A stretch of DNA of 64,000 nt. Origin: Phoronis australis (Eukaryota; Animalia; Phoronida). A program made the translations under genes and the position numbers. Position 1 is the first letter of the stretch. Every line of letters begins with the position of its first letter. Positions 27,843-40,464 of this stretch are shown in pieces. A model generated the notes under the pieces. It saw nothing but the letters and a program-made list of their open reading frames with translations, did no database searches and was not told the origin of the DNA. The DNA lies in assembly GCA_002633005.1 (NCBI GenBank), contig NMRA01000235.1, positions 12,625 to 76,624 on the forward strand. The letters are read 5' to 3'.

Positions 27843-29429
27843 CAGGGCCCGGTCTCCCCCCGTTCTCAGACTTCATTCAGAATCAAACTCACACTTCATA
27901 CTCAACTCGAGCACAGACTCATATTTGGTGTATTCAATGTCATACTCGAAATATCTGCATTCAAACTTTCGAGCACGTATTCACTTTTCGAGTATACTCG
28001 AAGTGAAGTGTATCTCATTTATACATGTATTTCGATTAAGATGTTGATTAAATGTCCAAGTATATGCTCCAAATTTCAAGTTTCGCCCCGTTTGGTAGTG
28101 TCCTTGATATCGCACTCGAAAATAAATACGAGCGAGAGAAGAAAATATCGAAAGGCCACTGAGAAACACAGCAAATAAAAAAAGACCTCATGCCATATTA
28201 CAGCGCTTCAGTTTCAGCTCAGAGACAACAGTGTTCATTTTAAGTCTTCTTTTTACTCTATTTCTGGCAACAGGCGTATTCTAATCCCTTGTCGGTGAGT
28301 CATTATATAAGTTTCCAAAGCAGCTGTGGGGAAAGCCGTGTGGGAAGTTTGTGTTGCCCTAATTGCAGTAGGTGTGCAACGGTTTATACTGTTTCCCAAA
28401 GACGAGGAGGCAAGGCAAGTTAACAGTTTGCTTCCCTGTCAGTTACATTTCACAGCATACCGGGGGTAATTTAGTTATCGATCATTCCTCAATCCCCGAA
28501 TGGTATTCCAGAATTTGTCGATTTCTAAGTAGACATCTCGTCCCGTTTACTAATGAACTCTAAATACCTGTACACGTAATGTTTTTCAGTTCACGCGCCA
28601 AATGTCAACTAACTTGATACACTCCGGTAAAACGTAAACATACAATGTCAAGGTTTTGACATCTGTGTAAGTGGGTTCTATATAAAGACTAATTAGCAAA
28701 CGAAAGAGCAAGTACGGGGTTTGACTAGGGACCGAAAAAGTAGGGCTCCAAAATGTTGACTAGCTTATTGGCTGACGTGGGCAACCGGCTAACAAGGGAA
28801 GAACTTCGCCGCTGGCAATTAAGGTCGAAACAGTTGAAATTCGACCTCCCCTCAAAACATGCGCAATTCGAACTCCCCCTTAAAACTGTTGGTTATGCGC
28901 CTGTGATATGATGTCTGATCCTCGAGGCCGATGTTATCGGCCCAGTACTCCATCACTCTTCGAGAAAGAAAATTTCAATATGCCGTCAATTCTTGGTGTG
29001 AAAATGCCAATTTTAGAAGTAAATGTGTCAAATTTAGGGAATCGTGGACCCTTTTGCCCGCTGCCTACATGTAAATCAGACACTGAGATTGTAGCTGCTC
29101 ATGCCATATTTTAGATGTGATGAACTGTTCCAAATTTCTCAGGACATTTTTGGAAGATTAGGAACGCAAAATGTAAAGCTTAATTAGCAGGGTAGCTTAT
29201 GCGAACAGGGGCGCTGAATCTGTCCAACTGTGCGCGGTTTTGCATTTCACGTCATAAAGAGATCCACAGCAACTCGAGGAGGATTCTCAGATTTGAGAAC
29301 GTTTAAAGTCTACTGGAAATGCAACATTGAAAACGCTTTTTTGAGTACAACTTCAGTGAGCACGATTTTAAGTATGAAGTCTAGAGTATGATTATGAGTC
29401 TGAGTACGGAGATTGGAGATCAGGCCCCG
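27843..29429. mobile_element. Non-autonomous TIR element (hAT-like termini) with actc/gagt subterminal repeats
   Basis: The left end CAGGGCCCGGTCTCC matches the reverse complement of the right end, CGGGGCCTGATCTCC, and actca/tactcg motifs are mirrored by gagta motifs. Another left end lies at ~53505. No TSD was seen. Confidence 0.45.
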
Positions 29430-32255
29430 GACTTGCACTGTCAGGGCAAAAACAGGGGCGTTCATTTTGTTTCGTGTGACAAAAACTCCATATTATATTG
29501 AGTAGTCTGCACGGGATCTGGAGAACGTCGAAATTTTACAATGTTTGGGGCATACATCTACGACTAAATGTGCATTTTTTTCGATTAGAATTCACTTCGC
29601 CTAAATGCCGGAAATGTCGAAAGGTTTAACGCTTAACACGTCATGTGACTTCCTACGCGAGTGCATACCTATAAACAATATTATCCTAGACACAATAACT
29701 TCCCAATAAACTCTACAGAAATCACCGAAAACGATCATTGTTTTTACAAGGGCTCAACTAAACTGCCGTAACAATATAACTTTGAAAAGATGATTACTTA
29801 TGTTTACTTGAATGCGGCCAACTCTTTCCAGTTCTCCACCGCTCGACATATTAAAAAGAATGAAGTAATTTTTCAAAAAATTCGTTTTTTAGGGAATTTT
29901 TCATCACAAAAAGATCGTCTTTGAAATAACCCTGCCAGTCAACCCCAAACTATGACCACGCTCACTCGGGAGTTTCATAGGAATATGGTCACAATGAAAA
30001 GTCATTTCTGGTGATAGGTGGAAATTAATGTCATGCAGATGCGCCTAACTATGAATGATTTAACTAAAACTGGGCTTGCGCAAAACATGTAAGGGGCCAC
30101 GGTTTCAATAAAGTCCGTAAATTAACATCTTACAAGATTTTGTCGAAATTAACAGTCATCGAGACTCAGACGTTTAATGTCTGTTGTGTGCGTCGAAACG
30201 CGGACTACTGCCGTTGCCCAGTCCATTTTAAATGACACTGCATGTTCTGCAATAAACTTGCAAGTTTATACCACATAAAGGGCTGAGAGAAGTGCGAGTA
30301 AGGCATGCCACTGACCACGGAGAGCAGCAATCCATAAACTGATCGTTTGTATACTTACCTGCGCGTTTCTAATCTGGAGTTGGTTAGCTTAGGGCTTTTA
30401 CATGTAGTTCATTCATAAGCGACCAAAAGACTCAATAGTCACCAAGCTGAAGGTGGATACGGTGAACGCAATGGCACATGGAGTCAGGCGAATTGCGTGC
30501 GAGCCTACGAATTTCTCGATGGTTTCACTGCCATCTGCATATAGTGACAAAAACATGGTGCAGCAGGTTTAAAATGAACTAGACAAATTTCAACAGAACT
30601 CTACCCAACACAGCTCAACATATTGACGAATTAGTTTGGCAGTTTTGTCAATTGATATGACTATAATATAGCGGTTTTGTCGTTATTAGGACAGAGTTGC
30701 ACATTAAGTTGTTGCCTTTTTATACCATATTCGTGGAGCAGTGTCTGTCGATTTTTTGTCGATATGTTGACAGAATAAAAACGGATGTAAGCCGAAAACA
30801 CTCGCTGCATTTGTAGCACTGGGTCTTCTTGAGTTTCTGTTACCCATTCGTATTTTATCGCATATCGTCATCGACTTACAGTTATGCCTTGGTTTACAAA
30901 GTTTAATTCCTTGTTTGAGGAAAGCTTGTGAAAAATGTAGGCCAACTGGTGGCTGACTGTTGATATTTCCGCCCTGATACACAGTTCATATTAACAAAAT
31001 GTATGGTTAATGCACCATCAAATCAAACGTATGCACAACTGACCGGCGTTCTTAAGACCATGGTGAAAGTTATTGTTCATTGTCCCCTGATGACATATTA
31101 AATATGCAAACACCATTGCTGGGGGACGAGTTCGAACGTTTCAGAAGACTACAATCGGAAAGCAATAATAATGTGGACGCTAAACCTATACAGCATAAAA
31201 TGATTACAGTACATATATTGGTGAATACATGTGGGCGGCTATTCCATCACCATGGTGAGCGTGCATGTATTTGACTCTCGCGTAAGGTCAAGGAGTCTAT
31301 CAAATTGCGAACTCAGCATCCCCGGTTGAACAGCAACCTTGACGTCAACTGACATACTTCCATTGTCCAGTCAACTACTGCTTAAGAATAGAAGCGAGGC
31401 GGGCGCCCAATTGCCTGACGCAAGGCCACCGTAGACGGCTGAAAGGTTCGAACATGTCTCCCAGTAAATGAGTTGGCATGTTCTCAAGACCAATTTGCAT
31501 CGCCGAAAAACTTGGAAATTGAAAAACTGGAGCCTGAATTTGGATACCAAATTGTTTACCGCGTGGTCCAGAAACATCACGCCAAAAGAATTGAAGTCAG
31601 TATATGGTGTTGTAAGGAATGAAAACACGCAACCTTGCAATAGCACCAATTCTTCACTAATTCCGAAAATTTAATGGTCAGAATTCGACCATTCAAGTCT
31701 TGCAGTCATTCCCTGTCAAACTAATTTGTTGAAATATTTGGGTAGTTCAGTCGAGATTTTGTCGTCATAAAACAATGTTTGACTGGCAATTTACTCGGAG
31801 TATAGTGTGACTCGACATTATTGTGCATAGCCGTTAATTGTCATCTTTGAATGGTCTTGCACAGTACCTTGGAGCGATTTCGACAAAGTAGGTGGAGAAC
31901 TCCAGCAAATTCTGAGCTAAAATGTAACTGCTGTAAATGCAGTCGTTGACGCTTGATGAGCTTCTGTGGGTCCTGGAAGGAACCTTCTGAAAGCTGAACC
32001 GACTTGCCAAAGCGCTACATTTGGAAACTATAAGCAATGGGCCACTACTAATCCAAAACGGTTAACTTTCTTCCAGTGTTTCAAAAGAACAAATCCAGCC
32101 CAAGAACTTAGCTCCAAAATCACCAATCGCGAAAAACGATGTCTAGAGAAAAGTTGTGTCAGAATTAATGCTACCGCGTATGATGCAGTGTAAATGAAGT
32201 AAACATCGGTTACATTCCGCGGCTAATCATCAAACAGGATGAGCAAATAACGTAC

Positions 32256-32537
32256 ATTCGTTACAGAATGGGATGCCACAGTAATCCCACTTCGGGAACT
32301 GTCCTTCTATGTAGCACCACGGACCGTCCGGAGAGTCGTCTGGGTTGCGGCATAGGTTCGACATCTGCACGGAAGGAGGAAGTTTGTCAAAATTCGTCTC
32401 CGTTTTCGATTGCTTGAACATTCTTTGGAGAACATCCGTGTTTGACCAACCTCTACATGTCAGACCTTCCTTGGTTGTAGCTTTTGAACCAGCATATTCC
32501 TGTCCCAACTTGGTTGTTTTGCACGTTATTTTCTCCA
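32256..32537 (-). CDS. Kringle-domain exon (phase 1-1) of a WSC/kringle extracellular protein
   Basis: Acceptor tctttccag and donor gtacgt; 282 bp, open frame. CKTTKLGQEYAGSKATTKEGLTCRGW...NLCRNPDDSPDGPWCYIEGQFPKWDYCGIPFC has all six kringle Cys and the CRNPD/PWCY motifs. Confidence 0.9.
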
Positions 32538-32989
32538 CTGGAAAGATGCGGTTAATTACTTAAATAATATGTGTAAGTTAGACTAACTGCACTTGTCTGG
32601 TTTTTCATTGGTTTACATCCTGTTCAAGTGGCAACGAACTAAGTACTTGTAATGCAAAATGTGTATATTCATTTAAGTCAGTTTCCTTGTTCTTCATCAT
32701 GCATTCGGGAAATCCCGAGTAAATAATATACCACGACCGCTACGTTAAGATTGAAAGACATGAATTATCACAGTGTTTCCAGCAAGTGAGACTTAACGCG
32801 GCTTTTTTCCACTGGACATGTACAGGGGCTTCGCGGGGCATGTTGTACTCACCTTAGTCAGTGACTTACCTTCTCTTGATTTAACTGAAAGAAACAATTT
32901 AATGACATTTTACAAAACCAGTTCCACTCACATAGTTAACTGTCATTCCACGAGAGCACCAAAAGGTCGACTCTGGGGTCATCGACTCA

Positions 32990-33588
32990 AGTGCCGTTTA
33001 CATTTACAAAGTTGAGACGGATCAGCTGACACGGAACGAGTTGTTCCAGTGTGTAAACGGACTGACACGGAGCAAATTGACTCAGCGGTGACAAATTTTT
33101 GCCACCCGTTTGTGAGTTAGAGCAAGTTGCGCCCGAACATCTTGCGCCGTGTCAATTATAAGTCTAAACGCGAAATTGGAGTAAGGCGGAAAGGATCATC
33201 TCTACTGCGCTTATGCAATGACCTTCATACGGGTTCTTTGTCTCTGCAACTCTAGTCATCTGTAAACCTGCGCAATTGCTATCCAGTCTCTCCAGCCTGC
33301 AATTTCCGTCTTGCTACGGTTAGGGAGTTGTGTGTGTAAACGGTCACTTGACACGGGTCAATTTACTCTGTGTCAGTTGCGCCGNTTACCATTGTAACCA
33401 CAATGCAACATTCTGACCCATTTCCAACATGGCGGCGTTGCTACTCCGCTATTGCTATCCAGTCTCTCCAGCCTGCAATTTCCGTCTTGCTACGGTTAGG
33501 GAGTTGTGTGTGTAAACGGTCACTTGACACGGGTCAATTTACTCTGTGTCAGTTGCGCCGGGCCAAACGTTGATATCTAAACGGGACT
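32990..33588. mobile_element. PIF/Harbinger-type MITE, interrupted by N at 33385
   Basis: TIRs are AGTGCCGTTTA / TAAACGGGACT, with a 3-bp TSD TCA at 32987-32989 and 33589-33591. The empty site is visible in inverted orientation at ~52370-52392. Confidence 0.7.
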
Positions 33589-34079
33589 TCAGATCTTGAA
33601 AATAATATGTGTAACGTACATCCTGGTGGGATATGTTTATAATGTTTACTGGAAATTTTTGGGCCATTATTTTTTAAGTTAGAGCCATTATTTTTTAAGA
33701 TAGAGCATCATGAATATTTTGGCGCCAAATGGCCCGTTGTGATATTTTGTTTTCTGGATACTATTTTACCTGAGGATGACTTTGCTTAATATAGAAACAT
33801 CGTTTACATGCTGTACTCTGGCATGAGTTTTGTTTTCCATTTCTTACTCCTAATTTGGCCAAAAACTAATATTATTTACATGCATGTGCCCCACCCCGTC
33901 AACTGCTAACCGGAGCCATGGTAACGTCCACCATATTAAATGATAATCATTTCATACAAATATATAACGTCACATAATATGAGTCTTGTTATTTTACATG
34001 ATGCTAATTTTTTAACCGATTCTACCCTAATCTGATGTAAGTCATCTCGGCGATGCACTTTAAATGTGATACGTTTTAC

Positions 34080-34409
34080 CTGTATTCGGACAAATAGGAA
34101 TGACACAGTAGTCCCATGTTAGTTTTTCTAGGTCTGTGAAGCACCAAGGCCCTTTCTGATCTACGTCGATATTTCTACAGTAGTTGCTGTTCTTGTCAGA
34201 CGAACTCATGCGGTTGAAATCGTCCCACGTTTTGACAACATATTGGAATATTTTCCTCGGCATTTCGAAGTGAGAAACTGCCCGTTTCTTTTGCTCAAAG
34301 TCTGCGTAAACGTCTGCCCATTTAACACACCGTTGACCAAAAGCAGCCCAAAACATGATCCCTTTGTAGTATTTGCCGTATTGGTCAGAAAGACACGAAT
34401 TATCCGGAA
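34080..34409 (-). CDS. Kringle-domain exon (phase 1-1) with an extended internal loop
   Basis: Acceptor actttcag and donor gtaaaa; 330 bp, open frame. CLSDQYGKYYKG..AFGQRCVKW...NYCRNIDVDQKGPWCFTDLEKLTWDYCVIPIC. Confidence 0.9.
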
Positions 34410-34978
34410 CTGAAAGTGTCAGTAACGTTGTACACATTACCTGGAGGGCATTCTATTGAGCAAGGTTCCGGCGAGGAAAGCAAAAACTCAGCGACTTAAA
34501 AGCAAGTGTTTCACCGCAGTACAGTACATGTATGCATCTGAACTTACTAAGTCACACTCACAAAATAAAGACCATTGATATTTTTGCCGTCCCAGGAGCA
34601 CAGCCTTTAGCCGTCAGCGCACAGAAATCATACACGGCCTTCAGAGCGCACCTCTTTTCCCACCCTAGTCGTGCTCTTGTATATATTGGAAATATCTTCG
34701 ATTCAAGAGACGAAAAAAGTGTAACACATTTATTAATTCTTAAAATTCTTTATTTTAATTTAACATTCCAATCTCATTGATCAATCACTTCAGTGGTCGT
34801 CATTTTGTGAAGTAAGGCAAATGGTCACGAAATATTTGCCTTTCGCTCGCGGTTGCACTTTGTGACTGAACTTCATTTGTTATCTAAGCCTTGCAAACTA
34901 CTTACTTTCCCATAAGACTTACCTACATGCAAGTCTAGTCTGGCTCAAGTCTATCCGAGTTCACGGCCGGACTCGCGC

Positions 34979-35180
34979 AACACACCACTCGAACCAACTG
35001 GAAATATGATCAGGTCGACACCGATAAACTGCGTCAGGATATTACCAACACTGACTGGGATTCCATATTGAACACTGGCGACATTGATGACACTGTTTCA
35101 CTCTTCACTAGTACTCTCTATGAAATCTTAAAAAACAACATCCCATCAACTGAAAAGATAATTAAACACAACAGCAAACC
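34979..35180 (+). mobile_element. CR1/L2-group LINE ORF2 fragment (endonuclease-RT linker), cut off by the N gap
   Basis: The open frame HTTRTNWKYDQVDTDKLRQDITNTDWDSILNTGDIDDTVSLFTSTLYEILKNNIPSTEKIIKHNSKP matches the W.Y...D...L.....W......D......F...L......IP.......KP(W) linker pattern. Confidence 0.7.
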
Positions 35181-36420
35181 NGCCGTCAGCGCACAGAAAT
35201 CATACACGGCCTTCAGAGCGCACCTCTTTTCCCACCCTAGTCGTGCTCTTGTATATATTGGAAATATCTTCGATTCAAGGGACGAAAAAAGTGTAACACA
35301 TTTATTAATTCTTAAAATTCTTTATTTTAATTTAACATTCCAATCTCATTGATCAATCAATTCAGTGGTCGTCATTTTGTGAAGTAAGGCAAATGGTCAC
35401 GAAATATTTGCCTTTCGCTCGCGGTTGCACTTTGTGACTGAACTTCATTTGTTATCTAAGCCTTGCAAACTACTTACTTTCCCATAAAACTTACCTACAT
35501 GCAAGTCTAGTCTGGCTCAAGTCTATCCGAGTTCACGGCCGGACTCGCGCTTGTTTTATGTTCAGGTTAAGATGAGCCTAGTCGCGGTTGTTCATTGTTC
35601 AGGTTAAGACAAGCTTGTGCAGACTATAGGGATTGTGTGCCGTGGGTCGAGGAGGTCGAGGATCGTGGGTTGAGGGGGCGTGGTTCGAGGGGTCATGGTT
35701 CGAAGGAGTCGCGGGTCGAGCGAGTCGTGGGGTGCTCGGGTCCAGGATGTCGAGTTGGTTTTAGAATAATCCGAAAGTTATGTATCCAAGGCAAAATTTT
35801 AAGCGATATTCAATCCGTGGTTTCGTAAAACAAACTTGCATAATTTAACGTTATACAATGGATCTTGCAGTGTCCCTTTGTGTCAACGTGCTCTTTGGGA
35901 TCTTTATGACCGGAAAACAGTATCTGCGTATTTCCCCGAAAAAAAACTTGCGAATTTCCTGCCCGTGCATCCATTTTGACTGAGGAGGAAACTCAAATCA
36001 ATTTCATAACAGTAGTAAATGACCTAAATGACAACATGGTTTTGTAAAACAGTGCACTGGTTTAACGCAACTCTTTTGTATAGACAGTATCCTCAATCGT
36101 ACTAGCGAACAAATCCAAAGTACGTTCATCAGGTACCAAGCGTTAGCACACCTGCTGTCTGCTGTTTTTCACTCAGTTAATATTTACATGCGTTTGCCAG
36201 GTATATTATTACTTTTCTATTGTCAAAACATGGTAGAAAACACAAGAATAATAAAACTAGGGTGAGCTTGCATACCCCAAAGAGCGTGATGCAGAAACAT
36301 GAAAACCGTTTCGTCTATATATCAAAAGAGCCAGAACGTCTAGTATGTACAGTGAAGCACACGTGGCACTAAAACACTATTCTTCCATTGGAAATCGCGG
36401 AATGAATGAAATCTCATTAC

Positions 36421-36693
36421 CTGGGGCCGAGACCGAGACCCAGTTTCGCCAACCACCACCGCAGACTTGTTTCGAGTTCCCGGGGCACGGATCATCGCAC
36501 TCCTCATCTGGTTTCTTCGAATATGACCCATATCGATTACCGCACCAGCACTCATCACCGTCTTGCGTCCCGGCAAAGGAGTAGCCTATGTTTCCGCAAA
36601 ACTTTCGGCACTTGTCGTTCGTGTTGGAGGACAAAGTGTATGCGTAATATCTCAGATCTCGAACCCAGTCGTCACCAAAACAGCCAGGCAAAG
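36421..36693 (-). CDS. WSC carbohydrate-binding domain exon (phase 1-1)
   Basis: Acceptor tacactccag and donor gtaatg; 273 bp, open frame. GCFGDDWVRDL..TNDKCRKFCGNIGYSFAGTQDGDECWCGN..ECDDPCPGNSKQVCGGGWRN contains the eight WSC Cys. Confidence 0.92.
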
Positions 36694-37849
36694 CTGGAGT
36701 GTAAAAATGCTTATTATCCAAATTCAGATTCAAAAAGATTCAGAAAACAGAATTTGTCCTTCTCTAAGTTTTTAAGTCAAGTTTGTGGTGCAGTTTTTTC
36801 TATCCGCTTACTTTTCGAAAAAAAATCAACATGCTACAAGTAAAATACCAGGAATTAGGTTTATATGTCATCCGTACGCAAATCATAACGTTTCACACCT
36901 TTTCTGCACGTGTATGCCATTCTTTGAGCAGTTTTACAGAAAAAAAAGAAAACACAAACACTTTTCTAGAAATCAATGGAAACTGTCATGTGCATGAATG
37001 CTTTGCCAACATTTCAGAGCAGTACAAGCAAATGAGACGACCACAAGACGTCCCCAGGGCTTGTAATGACGATGTCACACTTCCAACCCACTGAAACATC
37101 CTCAGTTTGACAAAAGCTGTAAAACCAAAAATATAAAATCTAAGTGATGTGTGCGCGCCTATGGCACAACCCAGAGTGGAAAAAGTTTAACTGGGCCCGG
37201 TTGCATAAAAGTCTGTACAACCATACATTATTGACAACAGATTCGCAACTCCTTCATGAAAATACACACTCAGCTTGTGTTCCTTGCAATCGCAGTTCTA
37301 CGATTTCGTAAGTGGTTTGGTGGTCCCCAGCTCAACTAAATGCGCATTAGTTTTTCAACAGGCTACAACTACATCGAATAAGTATCCAGGCAAAACACTG
37401 CGTCGCCGTTATGAAAAATAACTCTTTTAGCAACAAAATTGTTTAGCCAAATTTTAGAACGACTAAGTCATTGGGTTACTACAGTAACGTGGATGTTAAG
37501 TAATCTGTGTTGCCAACCATATGTGAAACTTGCGACGACAAATAACGAATCATCTTTCCTGAATACGTTTAGCGTGTATTTGTTTCGCCTGTTTGTCATT
37601 TGGCAATTCGTGTATGGGAGTATTTTACACACAAATACCCCCAGGATATCCATATTTATTCTCTAAGTTATACTTCTTAGTGTTATGTCTCACCACAACA
37701 ACATTTTAATCTAATATTGCTTTTTGTTTCTAGAAGGATTTCGAGAGCAAATCACATAACGTTTTACGCACATAACAAAACTGAACTGGTCACCTCAAGC
37801 AATAAACATATATACTTGTATATGCTCACGTGGTACAAATGAATTCATA

Positions 37850-38040
37850 ACCCGGACCTTTCCATCACCGCCACACTTCTGCTTCCTTCCTTTCGTGTAG
37901 ATGAGTGTCTTGGGAGACTCTCCAAAGCTGGTTCCGCACCAGCATTTAGAGTATATAATGCCCACCAGTTTCTAGAGCATACATGTATGGAAGATCTTAA
38001 ACATTATAAAGTTTCCCGATAGTAATCCCCAGGGCCGATG
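37850..38040 (-). pseudogene. Degenerate WSC-like domain relic (paralog of 3230-3420)
   Basis: The minus strand reads KLVGIIYSKCWCGTSFGESPKTLIYTKGRKQKCGGDGKVR, preceded by a frameshifted ITIGKLYNV*. Confidence 0.5.
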
Positions 38041-38409
38041 TTTGTAATACGACAAAGCATAGTTTTCCAGATTTTACCATTTAAGCCCTGGCTTCTATTA
38101 GGGGAATGGTACAGGTGTATATAAACGAAAAATATTTGTGAACACCTTGCTGAATGGGTGAAGGTGAGGGAGGCGTGGTTAAGAGGTCTCAAGTTAGGTA
38201 GTAACCAAATCGGACATCGCTGTCCACAGTGAATAAACACCGGTACACACGACAACGTCCATTAGGACTAGGTGCTGCAATAAACGCTGGTTGGATACAC
38301 AAAATGTAAGTCTTAACTGGACTTAAGACTTTTAGGCAATGTTTTGCTAGCTACTTAGTAGTAACTATATGTTTGTTGTTTAGCTTCTGTGACACGTGTA
38401 TGTGATTGA

Positions 38410-40464
38410 CCTGGATACGATACCAGCTACGTCGGTTTACTTCTTCTGATGGTCGGGGTTTTCAAAGGTACACTGTTTGCCATCACGCTCAATTCAGAAT
38501 TCATACATGTTCAGAATATGACCGGTTTTGCTTATTTCAACCAGTTCTCGTTCTATCCCTCCTAAATAATCATTGCCCTCAAACGTGAAAAATGAAAGCA
38601 GGAATAAATTAAGACCTGATAGGCCTACTCCCTGTGTCACAGTGTGCATTTTGGTGCTTGGTAGGTGGCGTTCTTTTCAGTAAAAGGGAGGGGGTGATCG
38701 AGTCCCCCAACGGGTTGATTTCAGTTTGGCCTACTCCATATTTTGTCGACCTTACTTTCCTCCTGCCCTCCATTCCTGCCGTTTTACCTCAACCTGCAGA
38801 CTTCTCACTTGCATCTTCCGCCAACAGTTTCACCGCTGTGTATCGCTTTTAAGCGGAACGTGGCAGTTCAGAGAAAATAATTTTGGTTGGACCAGCTACA
38901 CAAAAGATGTATGACTTCAAAACTTTTCTTGCAAACGATGACAACAAAAAGCAACTCTCTCAACTGTTACTGCCTGTCTGGAGTGTGTGAAGGCAGTTTC
39001 CAGGTAGAAGAAAACCGAGATGGCCATCCTGATTGTAGACGGGCATACAATGGCGATGAAGTCCATATTTTATTTTCTGAACAGAACTTTCTGATTATTT
39101 CTTACTTAAGTAATTTGCGATGCCATAATGTAATAATAAAAGTGATTTGATGTTCATAATCAGGAGATCCCACATATCTGCAGTAACCAATAAGAGACTG
39201 ACTTAAGAATTGTTTTGTACCTCCAGTACGCTGCCTCACTTGGTACAGAAACGACGTCGTAAGAATCCCTGACACTGATGTCTTTGTCATTCTGGTGCAG
39301 GCATGCTATAAAATTGACTTTATATCTAGATACAGGTTCTGTAAAACATCCGCAACTACTGAATCTCTCCGACCTAGCAAAATCCTTAGGAAAAGACTAC
39401 TGTGAAGCTCTACCTGGATTTTACGTATACACTGGAGAAGATTGCATCAGTGCGTTTAAATGTAAAGGAAAGGTTGGCCCCTTAAAAAGCTAGAAAAGAA
39501 TAAAAAATTTCACCGTGCATTCAGCCAACGTGACGTTAATTAGGATGTGAGTTGGATGAGTTCAACTGCCTCATGTACGGCCAGAGTCGTGAGTCATCGA
39601 AAGATGCTACTCGTGCCAAGATGTTACGTAAAAGGGTAAGTGAAGATGAAATCCTCACAAGTCCAAGATTGACCTTGCTCGACTTCCCTCGTGCCAGTCT
39701 GCACTGAAACCTCACATCCAACGACTAAGTCACCGTATCACTTTGTACAAGGGTGCTTGCGAATATATTAATGAGCAGCCAAAACCTTGTGACGAAGGAC
39801 AAGGGTGGATGTGGACTGACGAAAGAGTGTTACAACCTGTGTGGTCGTGTTGGGCTATCTTACTAAACTCACTGATTGATTTCTTGCTCACCAATGTTTG
39901 TGAAGTGGACTCAGGAGAGGAAAGTGGAGGGTTGTATGGAAGTTTCACGGAAAGCAATGAAAGTGACATGGAGTCTTAGAACATGTAATCAGTGATATCA
40001 ACACCTAATGATTGTCCATATTTCTGCAACCATTTTCCGGCGTTTTTTTCTTTAGAATATTTAAAACTTTTAGTTGAAATTTGGCTCATTAAAGAGCTTA
40101 TTACATAAACACTGAAAGTTGCACATTCAGTGTTTGTATTGGCTTATGTACATTTTCAGTGTTAGTAACCGTATAATACAAATTAGATGTAATAGATTAT
40201 GAAGAAATTTATTCCATCGTAATGCTTGTTCCTCAAAATATCGGTTTTGACACTTGATTTTTGCATTAAAAGAATAAGAAAGTGTGATATCATAAAATAA
40301 CGAAAAATCGGTAATGGCGGCAGTAATTTGCATAAACACGCACGTGGGACACTTTTTCTTGTTAACATGTTTTTTTGGTTTTCACACATATTTTTCTTTG
40401 TGAAAATGCAACTTTAAAGTAGAAGTCCGGGGGGTGCACGGGGGCCATTTTTTCGACTCGACTA
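38410..40464 (+). mobile_element. Second Academ-type relic (C-terminal XPG/FEN-like region and right terminus)
   Basis: PDTDVFVIL..LYLDTG..CEALPGFYVYTGEDCISAFKCKGKVGPLK (39240-39493) and P.P...GW.W (39743-39979) are frameshifted. The right end reads TAGTCGAGTCG on the minus strand at 40464, and the flank ctaagtttattag matches copy A at ~4612. The left boundary is approximate. Confidence 0.65.

Noticed and set aside
30704-30982. Additional kringle exon (FLFCQHID..APRIWY)
   Set aside because: The Cys spacing and motifs are too weak, and clear splice boundaries were not established.
33275-33560. 110-bp direct repeat as a biological structure
   Set aside because: The first copy ends exactly at the N (33385), the same pattern as the other three single-N joins, so it is treated as an assembly overlap.
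32256-36693. Naming the gene KREMEN or plasminogen/HGF
   Set aside because: The domain order differs from Kremen and no CUB, TM or serine-protease exon was found, so no symbol was assigned.
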